Source: Alphaproteobacteria bacterium UBA6062 (GTDB taxonomy: Bacteria; Pseudomonadota; Alphaproteobacteria; Sneathiellales; Sneathiellaceae). From it: a stretch of 61,387 nt of DNA. The DNA is taken from assembly GCA_002428885.1 (NCBI GenBank), contig DIYE01000338.1, positions 1 through 61,387 on the forward strand. The letters are read 5' to 3'. Position 1 is the first letter of the stretch; each line of letters opens with the position of its first letter. This document shows positions 26,422 through 35,766 of the stretch, one piece after another. The position numbers and the translations under genes were made by a program. The notes under the pieces are model-generated. The model did not search any database. It saw only the letters and a list, made by a program, of their open reading frames with translations, and was not told where the DNA came from.

Positions 26422-26754
26422 ATGGAACTCCGTCTTTCACCTTTTACCCTGACGGACTGGTCTATGGTGCCAGAGATCAGGTACCCCGGAACAAATGGTC
26501 ATGCGCTTTGGAAAACGGTAGAGTTGGGGGACATCCGCATCCGGAAGGTGGAATATTCAGCGGGCTACCTGGCCGATCATTGGTGTGACAGAGGCCATAT
26601 TCTGCTGGTTCTTGACGGGCAGCTGATATCGGAGCTTAAAGATGGCCGCCGATACGAATTGACACCCGGCATGAGTTATCAGGTATCCAATTTTGGGGAT
26701 CCAGCGCACCGATCCTCTACGGAAACAGGTGCTCGCCTTTTTATTATCGATTAA
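26422..26754 (+). CDS. DHCW motif cupin-fold protein
   Basis: YPGTNGHALW...YLADHWCDRGH...GMSYQVS. Confidence 0.9.
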   Translation: MELRLSPFTLTDWSMVPEIRYPGTNGHALWKTVELGDIRIRKVEYSAGYLADHWCDRGHILLVLDGQLISELKDGRRYELTPGMSYQVSNFGDPAHRSSTETGARLFIID

Positions 26755-26766
26755 CAGGAGCAAAAA

Positions 26767-27111
26767 ATGAGTGACATCAAACGCTACCCCGGTAACGCCA
26801 AAGGCCGCTGCCGGGCTGTGGAACATAATGGCTATATATGGGTCGTAGGGGTTGGCGCCGGGGACACTGTAACAGAGCAAACGCATAATATGCTGGCGCT
26901 GGTGGAAAAACATCTGAACGAAGCCGGCAGCAATAAACACCGGATTCTGGAAACCACGATCTATCTGACGGATATGTCCAAAAAAGACGACATGGATGCT
27001 ATCTGGTGCGACTGGATTCCCGACGATGGTTGGCCCTGCCGAGCCTGCGTCGGAACAGACCTCGCCCCAGGCGATCTAGTTGAAATCAAACTGATAGCAG
27101 CAAAAGTCTGA
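26767..27111 (+). CDS. RidA family protein (YoaB-like)
   Basis: LNEAGSNK..IL..TIYL.DM...MDAIW..W....PCRACV..L...LVEI. Confidence 0.88.
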   Translation: MSDIKRYPGNAKGRCRAVEHNGYIWVVGVGAGDTVTEQTHNMLALVEKHLNEAGSNKHRILETTIYLTDMSKKDDMDAIWCDWIPDDGWPCRACVGTDLAPGDLVEIKLIAAKV

Positions 27112-27193
27112 ACCGGGTCAGTTTTTCTCTTGTTTCCCCAGTATCCGGAAGCGGTTTGTTTCCGGATACCATTCTTACCTTCCCTAATACCTC

Positions 27194-27694
27194 TCAACGC
27201 CACAGCTTGCGATATTTCCGCAAAAGGCCATCCCGTTTTACACGGGATAGATGATCCAGAAAGGTCCGCCCTTCCAGATAATCCATTTCATGCTGTATCA
27301 CCGCCGAAAGAAAGCCTTCCGCGTCCAATTCACGCTGTTCCCCTTGCTCATCCAGGAAACGAACCGTGACACGGCTGGGCCGCTCAATCTTCGCCGAGAT
27401 ACCGGGGAAGCTTAAAGAAGCCTCTTCGAAAATCTGCGTTTCGGTCGACGCTTGTAAAATTTCGGGATTGATCATCGCAAGCGGCTGCTTTTCACCGCCC
27501 TCTTTCAAATCGATAACAATGATCCGTTTCAGAACCCCAACCATGTTTGCACCAATCCCGGCGCCCTGTTCCTGATAAAGGGTTTCAAACATATCGGCGA
27601 TGAGTTCCCGGATATTATCATCGACAGTCTCAACGCTCTTCGCTTTCTTTCGAAAGACCGGATCCGGTCCAAAAACGAGGGGCAATGCTGACAT
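27194..27694 (-). CDS. Peptide deformylase-like protein with degenerate active site
   Basis: PDF-like sequence, but motifs read GAGIGANM, EASLS and HEMDY instead of GxGxAAxQ, EGCLS and HExDH. Confidence 0.85.
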   Translation of the reverse strand: MSALPLVFGPDPVFRKKAKSVETVDDNIRELIADMFETLYQEQGAGIGANMVGVLKRIIVIDLKEGGEKQPLAMINPEILQASTETQIFEEASLSFPGISAKIERPSRVTVRFLDEQGEQRELDAEGFLSAVIQHEMDYLEGRTFLDHLSRVKRDGLLRKYRKLWR

Positions 27695-27757
27695 GGTATT
27701 CATTCCTGACACAAGACATCAAACAACGTCAGAATAGGTCATTGACGAAAAGATACC

Positions 27758-27797
27758 AAAGCAAAACCGGCGCTTGCCTCCCAACAAGCGCCGGTTT
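27758..27797 (-). terminator. Intrinsic terminator of ppk2
   Basis: AAACCGGCGCTTG-N8-CAAGCGCCGGTTT, 13-bp stem with T-rich tail on the minus strand. Confidence 0.75.
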
Positions 27798-27816
27798 CAG
27801 CCTCCCTAGCAACTCC

Positions 27817-28767
27817 CTATGACCGGCGTGTTTCCGGATGCAGGCTCCGTCCCAGGATATGTTCGTTATTGCCGATGACATGATGCCCGTATCCAACAAT
27901 CAGCGGATCCGGCTCGCGAACCACCTCAGGATCCTTACCTGAATAAGGCAGAGAATTGAGAAAGTGGCGCATACATTCAAGACGAGCTCGCTTCTTATCG
28001 TTGGATTTAATAATCGCCCAGGGCGCATCCGCAGTATCCGTATAGAAGAACATCGCCTCCTTTGCTTCCGTATAATCATCCCACTTATCAAGGGATTGAC
28101 GATCAATGGGAGACAATTTCCACTTCTTTAGCGGTTCCACTTCACGGGATTTGAAGCGCCGATGCTGCTCTTCCTGGGTCACGGAGAACCAGTATTTGTA
28201 GAGCCGGATACCGCTCCGGACAATCATCTGTTCAAGATCCGGGGTTTGCCGCATAAATTCCAGATATTCCTGTGGTTTGCAGAAACCCATAACCCGCTCG
28301 ACGCCGGCCCGATTATACCAGGACCGATCAAAGAACGTCATTTCACCGCCTGCCGGCAGATGATGGATATAGCGCTGAAAAAACCACTGGGTTTTCTCCC
28401 GCTCCGTCGGCTTATCCAATGCCACAACGCGGGCACCACGGGGATTCAAATGTTCCGTAAAACGTTTGATCGTTCCCCCTTTACCAGCGGCATCCCGTCC
28501 TTCAAAAAGCAGGACGACCTTCTCGCTATTCTCTTTAACCCATTCCTGAACCTTAAGAAGCTCAATCTGTAGCAGCGCTTTTTCCTTTTCATAGTCACTG
28601 CGGGCAATCTTGGTTTTGTAGGGATATTCACCCGTTTCAAAAATGCGGCGAATTTCATCAGGGTTCTGGGTAATGGCAGGTTTCTCCACGGTATTCTCCT
28701 GCACCGTTACCGGCTCTTTCTCCATCGCCCCTTTTTCGGTTTGCGAAGCTGTATTTTGTCTGACCAT
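27817..28767 (-). CDS. ppk2: Polyphosphate kinase 2
   Basis: FEGRDAAGKGG Walker A, FDRSWYNRAGVE, KWKLSPID; RBS GGAAGGAG before ATG 28767. Confidence 0.95.
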   Translation of the reverse strand: MVRQNTASQTEKGAMEKEPVTVQENTVEKPAITQNPDEIRRIFETGEYPYKTKIARSDYEKEKALLQIELLKVQEWVKENSEKVVLLFEGRDAAGKGGTIKRFTEHLNPRGARVVALDKPTEREKTQWFFQRYIHHLPAGGEMTFFDRSWYNRAGVERVMGFCKPQEYLEFMRQTPDLEQMIVRSGIRLYKYWFSVTQEEQHRRFKSREVEPLKKWKLSPIDRQSLDKWDDYTEAKEAMFFYTDTADAPWAIIKSNDKKRARLECMRHFLNSLPYSGKDPEVVREPDPLIVGYGHHVIGNNEHILGRSLHPETRRS

Positions 28768-28953
28768 CGCCACTCCTTCCGTCCGTCTCTTTTCGATCAA
28801 CACCTTCAGGCTATCATTCTTTGAAAAGCCTAAACTTGATGCAGATCAAAAAGAGGCGTTTCATCAGTGTCTTCATACTCGTAAAGTACGGTATGGCGGG
28901 ACATCGATAATCGGCGCTATACTGAAGAGAAACAAAACAAAAAAGGATAAGGC

Positions 28954-30078
28954 ATGCCGAAAACCGCCTCTCAAGAAGCGGATATTCTGGATCAACTGGA
29001 AAGTTTCGCAAACACTCGTATCGCGCCGCAACGGGAGAGACTGATTTCATCAGGAAAACTACCCGACGACGTCTGGCAGGCCTTTGCAGAAAGCGGCCTC
29101 TCCGGTCTGACCACCCCACCTGAAGACGGCGGATTTGGCGCAGATTATCCTCTGCTGTCGGAAGCCATATACCGCCTTAACAGACAAGGTGGCGTTCCCG
29201 GCCTTACGATGGTCTTCAGCTCGCACTGGCTTATCACAAAACTACATGTTCTTGCCGCCGCTCCCGAAGCTTTACAAAAGATGCTGCTTCCCAAGCTGAA
29301 GGCAGGCGAGACAACTCTCTCCATCGCCATTTCAGAGCCTGGCGCGGGTGCTCATCCCAAAAAGCTGGCGACGCGTGCAGAGCAGGACGGTGATCACTAT
29401 ATCCTGAACGGAGAGAAAGCCTTTCTGACCAATGGTCCGATCGCAGGCTATTATATTACGCTGGCCATTACAGATGAGAAGAATAATCGCAAGGCCTTCA
29501 GTGCCTTTCTGGTACCGGCCGATACACCTGGCCTGGAACGCACAACAGGCGTGCCGCTGGATTTCCTCCACCCATGCCCCCACGGGGGCATAAAGCTCAA
29601 AAATTGCCGCATCCCTGTGCAAAATCTGATTGGACCGGAGGGAAAGGCCTTCGAACATATATCCCTTAAAATGCGCGCCGTTGAGGATGCAATCGGCGCA
29701 GCGGGCCAGGTTGGCAGCCTCGAGAGACTCCTGGATGACGTAACGCCCCTGACGAAAGAGACAGAAGCTCGCCAGATAGGTGCTCTAAAAACCCAACTCA
29801 TGTCTCTCAAGATCGTTGCTGATCATCTGGCAGAAGCAGCCGCCGATACCACTGACGATACAACACTGCTTCTGGAATTACATTTAGGTTTCCGGCAACA
29901 GAGTGGATATTGCCTCAAGGGTTTCGAGAGCCTTATAGAAACCATACCCGGTCCGCTGCCACCAGCCACGGGACTCCTTGCCCGGGATATAGCAAAAACC
30001 CATGCTATCGCTCACGCCGCTCATAGCTCGCGGCTTGTTAAAATTGGGGAGGATTTGCAAAAAACAGGGACCGTTTAG
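28954..30078 (+). CDS. Acyl-CoA dehydrogenase family protein
   Basis: GL.GL..P...GGFG, AISEPGAG, YILNGEKAFLTNG; divergent C-terminus. Confidence 0.85.
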   Translation: MPKTASQEADILDQLESFANTRIAPQRERLISSGKLPDDVWQAFAESGLSGLTTPPEDGGFGADYPLLSEAIYRLNRQGGVPGLTMVFSSHWLITKLHVLAAAPEALQKMLLPKLKAGETTLSIAISEPGAGAHPKKLATRAEQDGDHYILNGEKAFLTNGPIAGYYITLAITDEKNNRKAFSAFLVPADTPGLERTTGVPLDFLHPCPHGGIKLKNCRIPVQNLIGPEGKAFEHISLKMRAVEDAIGAAGQVGSLERLLDDVTPLTKETEARQIGALKTQLMSLKIVADHLAEAAADTTDDTTLLLELHLGFRQQSGYCLKGFESLIETIPGPLPPATGLLARDIAKTHAIAHAAHSSRLVKIGEDLQKTGTV

Positions 30079-30098
30079 AGCCGTTTTTCATACGCTGT

Positions 30099-30116
30099 TT
30101 CATCAAATTTGATGAA
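30099..30116. promoter_or_regulatory. Perfect 18-bp palindromic operator
   Basis: TTCATCAAATTTGATGAA, 47 bp upstream of the LuxR-hydrolase gene. Confidence 0.65.
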
Positions 30117-30163
30117 GAAAGAGCAATCCGTACAGGTAATACTGCGCTTATCAGGGAGGGGAT

Positions 30164-31894
30164 ATGAGCCAGTCTGATGATTTTCACCAGCTGATTGACA
30201 GCGCCTATCGTGTCATATTGGAACCGGACCGATATGACAGCATGATGGAATTATGGGAGTCCTTTGTCTCCACCGACATTGATGAAGAGCAACGCACGAT
30301 CCTGCAAATGCACTTCTCTCGGGCGGAACAGATGATGGACGCCGTTAGTACGGCTGACCATAAAACAAGACCTCTTCATGCATTGCTGAACGGATTTGCC
30401 GGTCCGAGCCTTGTTTTCGACAAGCAGTTCAAGATCGTCATGGCTAACCAGGCTGCCAACGATATAGCGGACGATTCGGAAAATCGCTCTCTGGAAGAAA
30501 CGCCTATCCTTAATCCGGATATCCTCGATGATCTGAAAGAATGGTGCCTTGGCAAGCCGTCCCAGCTCGGCAGCGTCTTCTTTGCCCGCGACAGCTTTAT
30601 GTCAAAAGGTCAGAAATCGGGGTATATGATTGTTACCCGCATCACTTTCCCACAATTTGACTTTCGGCAAAACCGACAGGAACCGCAACCACATTTCCTG
30701 CTCACCAGCGGCGGCCTCCACTTCGACAAGCGCACCACGGAAGCTCTAAAAAATGCATTTTCTCTCAGCGATGCGGAAGTTGCGATTGTTGAAGGGCTGG
30801 CCAAAGGCAAAAGCCCCAACGAAGTCGCAGAAGACAGAAGCGCCAGCATCAATACTATTCGGACCCAGGTCAGAAGTGCACTTGCAAAATTTGATGTCAA
30901 AAATATTGCGGAACTGGTGGGGCAGGTCACTGGCTTTGTCGCCAATTTCAATGCCAGCATCAGCATTGCCCGACATCTGGACGACTCGCTCGTTCCTGCG
31001 CAACTCTTTAGGGAAGGAGAAATCCTGCTCCCCTCCGGTCGCCGACTGTCTTATGTAGATCAGGGTTCTCTACACGGAAAACCGGTCCTGTTTATTCATG
31101 GCATGCTATTCGGAAGACGCCTCACGACGGATGCCGCCGAGGCCGCCTCCAATAAAGGATGGCGGGTTATTGCGCCTTCGAGGCCCGGCTTTGGAGAATC
31201 CGATATCAGGCAACTGGATACCCCTGAAGGTCTGTTGGACGGTGTTGCCCGGGATATCGTTCATCTGCTGGATCATCTGGGATTGGACTCTGTCTTTGCT
31301 GCTGGTCTCATGGGAGGTAGCTGTTATGCCATCCGTCTGGCGCAAAGGGCGCCGCAACGGGTCAAAGGTGTCTTGCTGCTAAATCATATTCCCATCTGGA
31401 AACCTGAATATGCGAACAGCTTGCCCATACGCCAGCGGATTATTGCCCAGACATCCATCAGAACACCTCCTTTGTTCCGGTTTATCTGTCAGTCCGGTGC
31501 GACCATGATTAAATCGGGCTTCGCCAATCAATTTCTGGAAGCTCTGACCAGATCCAGTCCGGCAGATAGCCTCGCCCTTCAGAACGGTCAGGTGCGGGAC
31601 GTCATTATGGAAGGGTTGCAACATACGGTCTTGCAGGGTGTAGAAGGTTTCTGCAGGGACGCACCCTACACGGTAACCGACTGGTCAGACATGATCCGCA
31701 AGCTCCAACATCCGACAACCGTTCTGGTCGGTGGAAAAGACCAGGTCAATCCGGCGGAACGCATCCAGGACCATATGGATCTGTTCCAGAATGCCCGCTT
31801 TGACAAAATCGACGATGCCGGCCAGTTCTTGATCTGGAGTCACTGGCCCCGTTTCTTCAACGCATTGGAAGCTCTTGAAGTCCGGACCGGTTAA
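30164..31894 (+). CDS. PAS-like + LuxR HTH + alpha/beta-hydrolase-fold regulator
   Basis: FSLSDAEVAIV..LAKG....EVA..R..SINTIRTQV HTH; GRRLSY..G...PVLFIHG, APSRPGFGES hydrolase fold. Confidence 0.88.
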   Translation: MSQSDDFHQLIDSAYRVILEPDRYDSMMELWESFVSTDIDEEQRTILQMHFSRAEQMMDAVSTADHKTRPLHALLNGFAGPSLVFDKQFKIVMANQAANDIADDSENRSLEETPILNPDILDDLKEWCLGKPSQLGSVFFARDSFMSKGQKSGYMIVTRITFPQFDFRQNRQEPQPHFLLTSGGLHFDKRTTEALKNAFSLSDAEVAIVEGLAKGKSPNEVAEDRSASINTIRTQVRSALAKFDVKNIAELVGQVTGFVANFNASISIARHLDDSLVPAQLFREGEILLPSGRRLSYVDQGSLHGKPVLFIHGMLFGRRLTTDAAEAASNKGWRVIAPSRPGFGESDIRQLDTPEGLLDGVARDIVHLLDHLGLDSVFAAGLMGGSCYAIRLAQRAPQRVKGVLLLNHIPIWKPEYANSLPIRQRIIAQTSIRTPPLFRFICQSGATMIKSGFANQFLEALTRSSPADSLALQNGQVRDVIMEGLQHTVLQGVEGFCRDAPYTVTDWSDMIRKLQHPTTVLVGGKDQVNPAERIQDHMDLFQNARFDKIDDAGQFLIWSHWPRFFNALEALEVRTG

Positions 31895-33579
31895 AGGATG
31901 TTTCCGCCTGACAAGTCCGGCTTTTCAGTTTTCTTTGACGCAAATTGTATAGCAGGTTTAGTGCCCGCTCCGCCGAACTGCACTGTTGGCTGGTACCCGC
32001 CATAACTGGTTGCACCGCCCAAGCCCGGCAGTTTAGGCGGTTCTCCCCGGAAATGTTCCAGAAGATCGAAATGGCTCGGTAATTTGGCGAGGATATCAGC
32101 CTCGTAGGCCGCAAATTGCTGCATGCGTTTATCCCAGTCGACCTTTGAAATAAACCGCTCAGCAGGAAAGCGGACATCCTTGAAGAAGCCTTTCGCAAAG
32201 AGCACCGTCAGATAGCTCATATGATTGAACAAAAAGGTCTGATCAAATGCCGTTTGCACCGGCAATGTATGCCGATATTCCTCCAGCAATGCCGAGACGC
32301 TATCCGGGATCTCCATTTCCTCTCGGGCAACCCGCCAGTAGTCGCTATCCTGCCGGTTGTTGGTGCAATAATGTAGAATGATAAAATCCCGAATATCCTG
32401 GACCATCTTTCCGGTAACGTCATTGAAGCGATCCGCCAAGGCATCCGGATAGCTTTTATCCGGAAAGTTCAACATCAGGAGTTTCACAAAATTCTCGATC
32501 ATATAAATGGCGGTGGATTCCAGTGGTTCGATAAAGCCGGACGACAGACCGATCGCGATACAGTTCTTTTCCCAGGCCTTCTCCATACGCCCGACACGGA
32601 TGGGGATGGCACGCGGTTCGGCGTCTTTTCCATCCTCTCCCAAATGAGCTAAAAACTCATCGACGGCCTCGTCATCTGTTCGAAAATGACTGGAAAAGAC
32701 ATACCCCGTTCCAATCCGGCTATAAAGAGGTACTTTCCAGACCCACCCGGCCCCTAAAGCCGTGGAATTGGTGCAAGGCTCGATAGCCTCCAGATCTGTA
32801 TGCGGTATCTGGACAGCAAGCGCCCGATTATTGAGGAGATATCGACTGTAATCTTCGAACTTAATTCCCAGAACCTCCTTAATAATCACCCCTTTAAATC
32901 CGGTGCAGTCGATGACGAGTTCTACCGGATGATCGCCGTTTCGCTGAAGTTTTAGGTTCGAAATATACTCTTTCTCATCCTGTTCGACAGCTTCCACATC
33001 ATCCAGGATATGGTTGACGCCTCTTTCAACGGAGATATCCCTCAAAAACTCCGCAAAAAGGCCTGCATCCAGATGATAGGCATAGTTCAGGTGTTTTTCA
33101 TAATCGCCGTGTTCAAGCCCTTTCGGGCCTTTGCGGTTTCGAATGGCAGCGACACTGACGGACAGGCAAGCATCCAGATTATCCCGTCCGTCCGGGCCAC
33201 CATATTTATGAAAATGATACGCCGGGTTCTGCCCTCCCAACTGCGTTCCGATACCATCAAAGGGATGAACAAAAGACAGGGAATTCCCCTGTTCGTCATG
33301 GTTCCAGTTATTAAAACGAACTCCCAGCTTGAAAGACGCATTGCACCGCCGGAAAAACTCCTTTTCGGAAACCCCCAGGCTTCTTAAAAGGTCGGGCATG
33401 CTGGGAATGGTCGCTTCACCAACCCCGATTGTCGGCACATTGGGCGATTCAATCAGGGTAATCTTTGTATTCTTTTCCTTATCCGCCCTGAAATTCAAAT
33501 AGCGGATCAAGAACGCCGCCGTTAACCAGCCTGCAGTTCCGCCGCCTACGATTGTAATTTCACTGATCTGATCAGTCAC
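31891..33579 (-). CDS. Tryptophan halogenase family flavin-dependent halogenase
   Basis: VGGGTAGW, IGVGEAT, ASFKLG (catalytic Lys), GWVWKVPL, SGFIEPLEST. Confidence 0.93.
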   Translation of the reverse strand: MTDQISEITIVGGGTAGWLTAAFLIRYLNFRADKEKNTKITLIESPNVPTIGVGEATIPSMPDLLRSLGVSEKEFFRRCNASFKLGVRFNNWNHDEQGNSLSFVHPFDGIGTQLGGQNPAYHFHKYGGPDGRDNLDACLSVSVAAIRNRKGPKGLEHGDYEKHLNYAYHLDAGLFAEFLRDISVERGVNHILDDVEAVEQDEKEYISNLKLQRNGDHPVELVIDCTGFKGVIIKEVLGIKFEDYSRYLLNNRALAVQIPHTDLEAIEPCTNSTALGAGWVWKVPLYSRIGTGYVFSSHFRTDDEAVDEFLAHLGEDGKDAEPRAIPIRVGRMEKAWEKNCIAIGLSSGFIEPLESTAIYMIENFVKLLMLNFPDKSYPDALADRFNDVTGKMVQDIRDFIILHYCTNNRQDSDYWRVAREEMEIPDSVSALLEEYRHTLPVQTAFDQTFLFNHMSYLTVLFAKGFFKDVRFPAERFISKVDWDKRMQQFAAYEADILAKLPSHFDLLEHFRGEPPKLPGLGGATSYGGYQPTVQFGGAGTKPAIQFASKKTEKPDLSGGNIL

Positions 33580-33736
33580 ATGCCCCTCCCATCTTTCCCG
33601 AACAGAAATATAATCATACCCTCATATATTACTTCACAGGAATGAAATATTTTAAAAAAAATTGTCCGCCACTACCAATTGCACCCGGCGACATGAAGCG
33701 GCATAATAGTCTCGTCATTTCCTTGAAAGTGGATCC

Positions 33737-34774
33737 ATGAACAAAAACAATAAGATCCTTATTCCATCTTCAGGCTCTATCCCTTTTGGTTTTCACAAGG
33801 CTCCGGTTGGCCGGATCAATTACCTGGATGCTCCCTTGCGCTCACCGTTTCGGGAAATGCTGCCTGCGGAAGAACGGGAAAAACGGTTTGTACATTTTCA
33901 TTTTATGGGCTTTGCCTCTTCACGCTTTATTGCCGGTTGTTCTCTCGCCCGGGCGAACCGACAGACAACCGTCTTTTTCTACCTCTTCGACCGAGAAAAA
34001 GGGACGATGATCAAGCGCGGTTGCAGGGCGCGCTCCAAAGAGCATGTGAGACTTTCCCTGGACCCTGATGACGGTGAAACCTGGATTTCGGGGAATGGCA
34101 TGGACATCCGGTTCACTTCAAACCTGCCGTCCCTCGAAAAGCAACTTCTGGTAAAACTGGATGATCAGGAGATTTTGAACTTACGCTTTTCTGAAACGCG
34201 CAACCGGTTTGAGACACTACGCCTTTGCACACCCACCGGACCAAACGGATGGACCTATTGTCAGAAAGTGGCCGGCCTGCCGGCGGAAGGCACCCTAATC
34301 TATGAAGGTGACATCTATGATCTGGGAATATCAGGCGCTTCTGCCCATCACGATTTCACGGCCGGGCATCTCAGGCAGGATACTTTCTGGAATTGGGCTT
34401 GCCTGACAGGTTCTCTTGAGGATGGCCGGTCCATTGGCCTCAACCTTTCAAATGGTGTTAATGAGACAGGCCATTCTGAAAATGCTCTGTGGATAGACGG
34501 AAAACAGGAATCTGCCGGACTGATTCAATTCATCTATGACCTTGATGACCTTCAGAAACCCTGGACAGTAACCTCTGACACCGGAAGGATTAAACTAACC
34601 TTCTATCCTGAAGGAGCTTACGTCGCTCATGATACAACAGGCGATACTCCTTTTGACTTCACACAGCTATTCGGGAAATTTGCCGGATCCCTTACAACAG
34701 AATCCGGACAACACCTTAATATTAAAGATATTCCCGGATTCTGCGAACGGCAATATGCGGTTTGGTGGCACTGA
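33737..34774 (+). CDS. DUF2804 family protein
   Basis: GWTYCQK, DFTAG..R.DTFWNWA, GLNLS.GVNETG.SENALWIDG, F.QLFG.F.G. Confidence 0.82.
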   Translation: MNKNNKILIPSSGSIPFGFHKAPVGRINYLDAPLRSPFREMLPAEEREKRFVHFHFMGFASSRFIAGCSLARANRQTTVFFYLFDREKGTMIKRGCRARSKEHVRLSLDPDDGETWISGNGMDIRFTSNLPSLEKQLLVKLDDQEILNLRFSETRNRFETLRLCTPTGPNGWTYCQKVAGLPAEGTLIYEGDIYDLGISGASAHHDFTAGHLRQDTFWNWACLTGSLEDGRSIGLNLSNGVNETGHSENALWIDGKQESAGLIQFIYDLDDLQKPWTVTSDTGRIKLTFYPEGAYVAHDTTGDTPFDFTQLFGKFAGSLTTESGQHLNIKDIPGFCERQYAVWWH

Positions 34775-34844
34775 AGCTCTGCTATTTTTCTGGACAGTTT
34801 ACACCGCTTGAGGGATCATAAGATTACTCAATAAAGGAACGCCA

Positions 34845-35762
34845 GTGTCCCTGATAACAATAATACGGGCAAACCGTACCCTCCAAGGGGTCTGCTGGAT
34901 GGTCATCACCAGCTTTCTGTTCGTTGCAATGACAGGCATTGTCCGGCATCTCGGGTCCGATGTGCCGGCTATGCAAGCCGCTTTTATCCGCTACCTGTTC
35001 GGCTGCCTGCTGATCGCTCCCATGGTCTGGCACGCCTGGCCAGGACGCATCAAGCGCTCGACCCTCGGTCTCTATGCAGGGCGCGGTCTGGTTCACGGGA
35101 TCGGTGTCATTCTCTGGTTCTATGCCATGGCCCGTATTCCCATCGCGGAAGTAACAGCGATCGGTTATGTAGCCCCAATTTTCGTGACCATTGGCGCTGC
35201 GATTTTTCTGGGGGAAAAACTCAGGGTCCGCCGAATTCTCGGCGTCGTTTGCGGTTTTATGGGGGCCCTTATTATCTTGAGACCCGGCTTTCAGGAGATT
35301 AACCTCGGACAACTGGCACAGCTCTGTGCAACGCCTTTATTCGCGATTTCTTTTCTGATTGCCAAGAAACTGACGGATACAGAAAACCCGTCCTTTATCG
35401 TCGGGATGCTGTCACTGGGCTGCACCATTACACTGCTGCCCGGTGCCATTCTTCAGTGGCGAACGCCAACAATGGAGGAACTGGGCTGGCTGGCCCTGAC
35501 AGCGGCCTTCGCGACCATCGGGCATGTAACACTGACAAAAGCTTTCCAAGCGGCCCCCATCACTGTTACGCAGCCTCTGGGCTTCCTGCAGCTCGTCTGG
35601 GCAGCCATCCTGGGCATGCTCGTCTTTGGTGAAGCTCTGGACCCTTATGTTTTCGCTGGCGGCGGACTGATTATCGCCGCGACAACCTATATTTCCCACC
35701 GAGAGCTTCAGGCGAGCCGAAAAGCCGCCAAACTGAAAGCGGGGAGTGCGTCTCTCAGTTGA
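34845..35762 (+). CDS. DMT/EamA family transporter
   Basis: ~10 TM segments; FLGEKL, ILRPG, LVFGE; GTG start. Confidence 0.9.
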   Translation: MSLITIIRANRTLQGVCWMVITSFLFVAMTGIVRHLGSDVPAMQAAFIRYLFGCLLIAPMVWHAWPGRIKRSTLGLYAGRGLVHGIGVILWFYAMARIPIAEVTAIGYVAPIFVTIGAAIFLGEKLRVRRILGVVCGFMGALIILRPGFQEINLGQLAQLCATPLFAISFLIAKKLTDTENPSFIVGMLSLGCTITLLPGAILQWRTPTMEELGWLALTAAFATIGHVTLTKAFQAAPITVTQPLGFLQLVWAAILGMLVFGEALDPYVFAGGGLIIAATTYISHRELQASRKAAKLKAGSASLS

Positions 35763-35766
35763 GATT

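Noticed and set aside
31891-31894. Convergent genes sharing overlapping stops (TTAA here and at 40550-40553; CTAG at 47856-47859)
   Set aside because: A common 4-bp convergent overlap; not evidence of functional linkage.
28954-34774. Acyl-CoA dehydrogenase + halogenase + DUF2804 as a halogenated-metabolite cluster
   Set aside because: Mixed orientations and no carrier protein, ligase or synthase.
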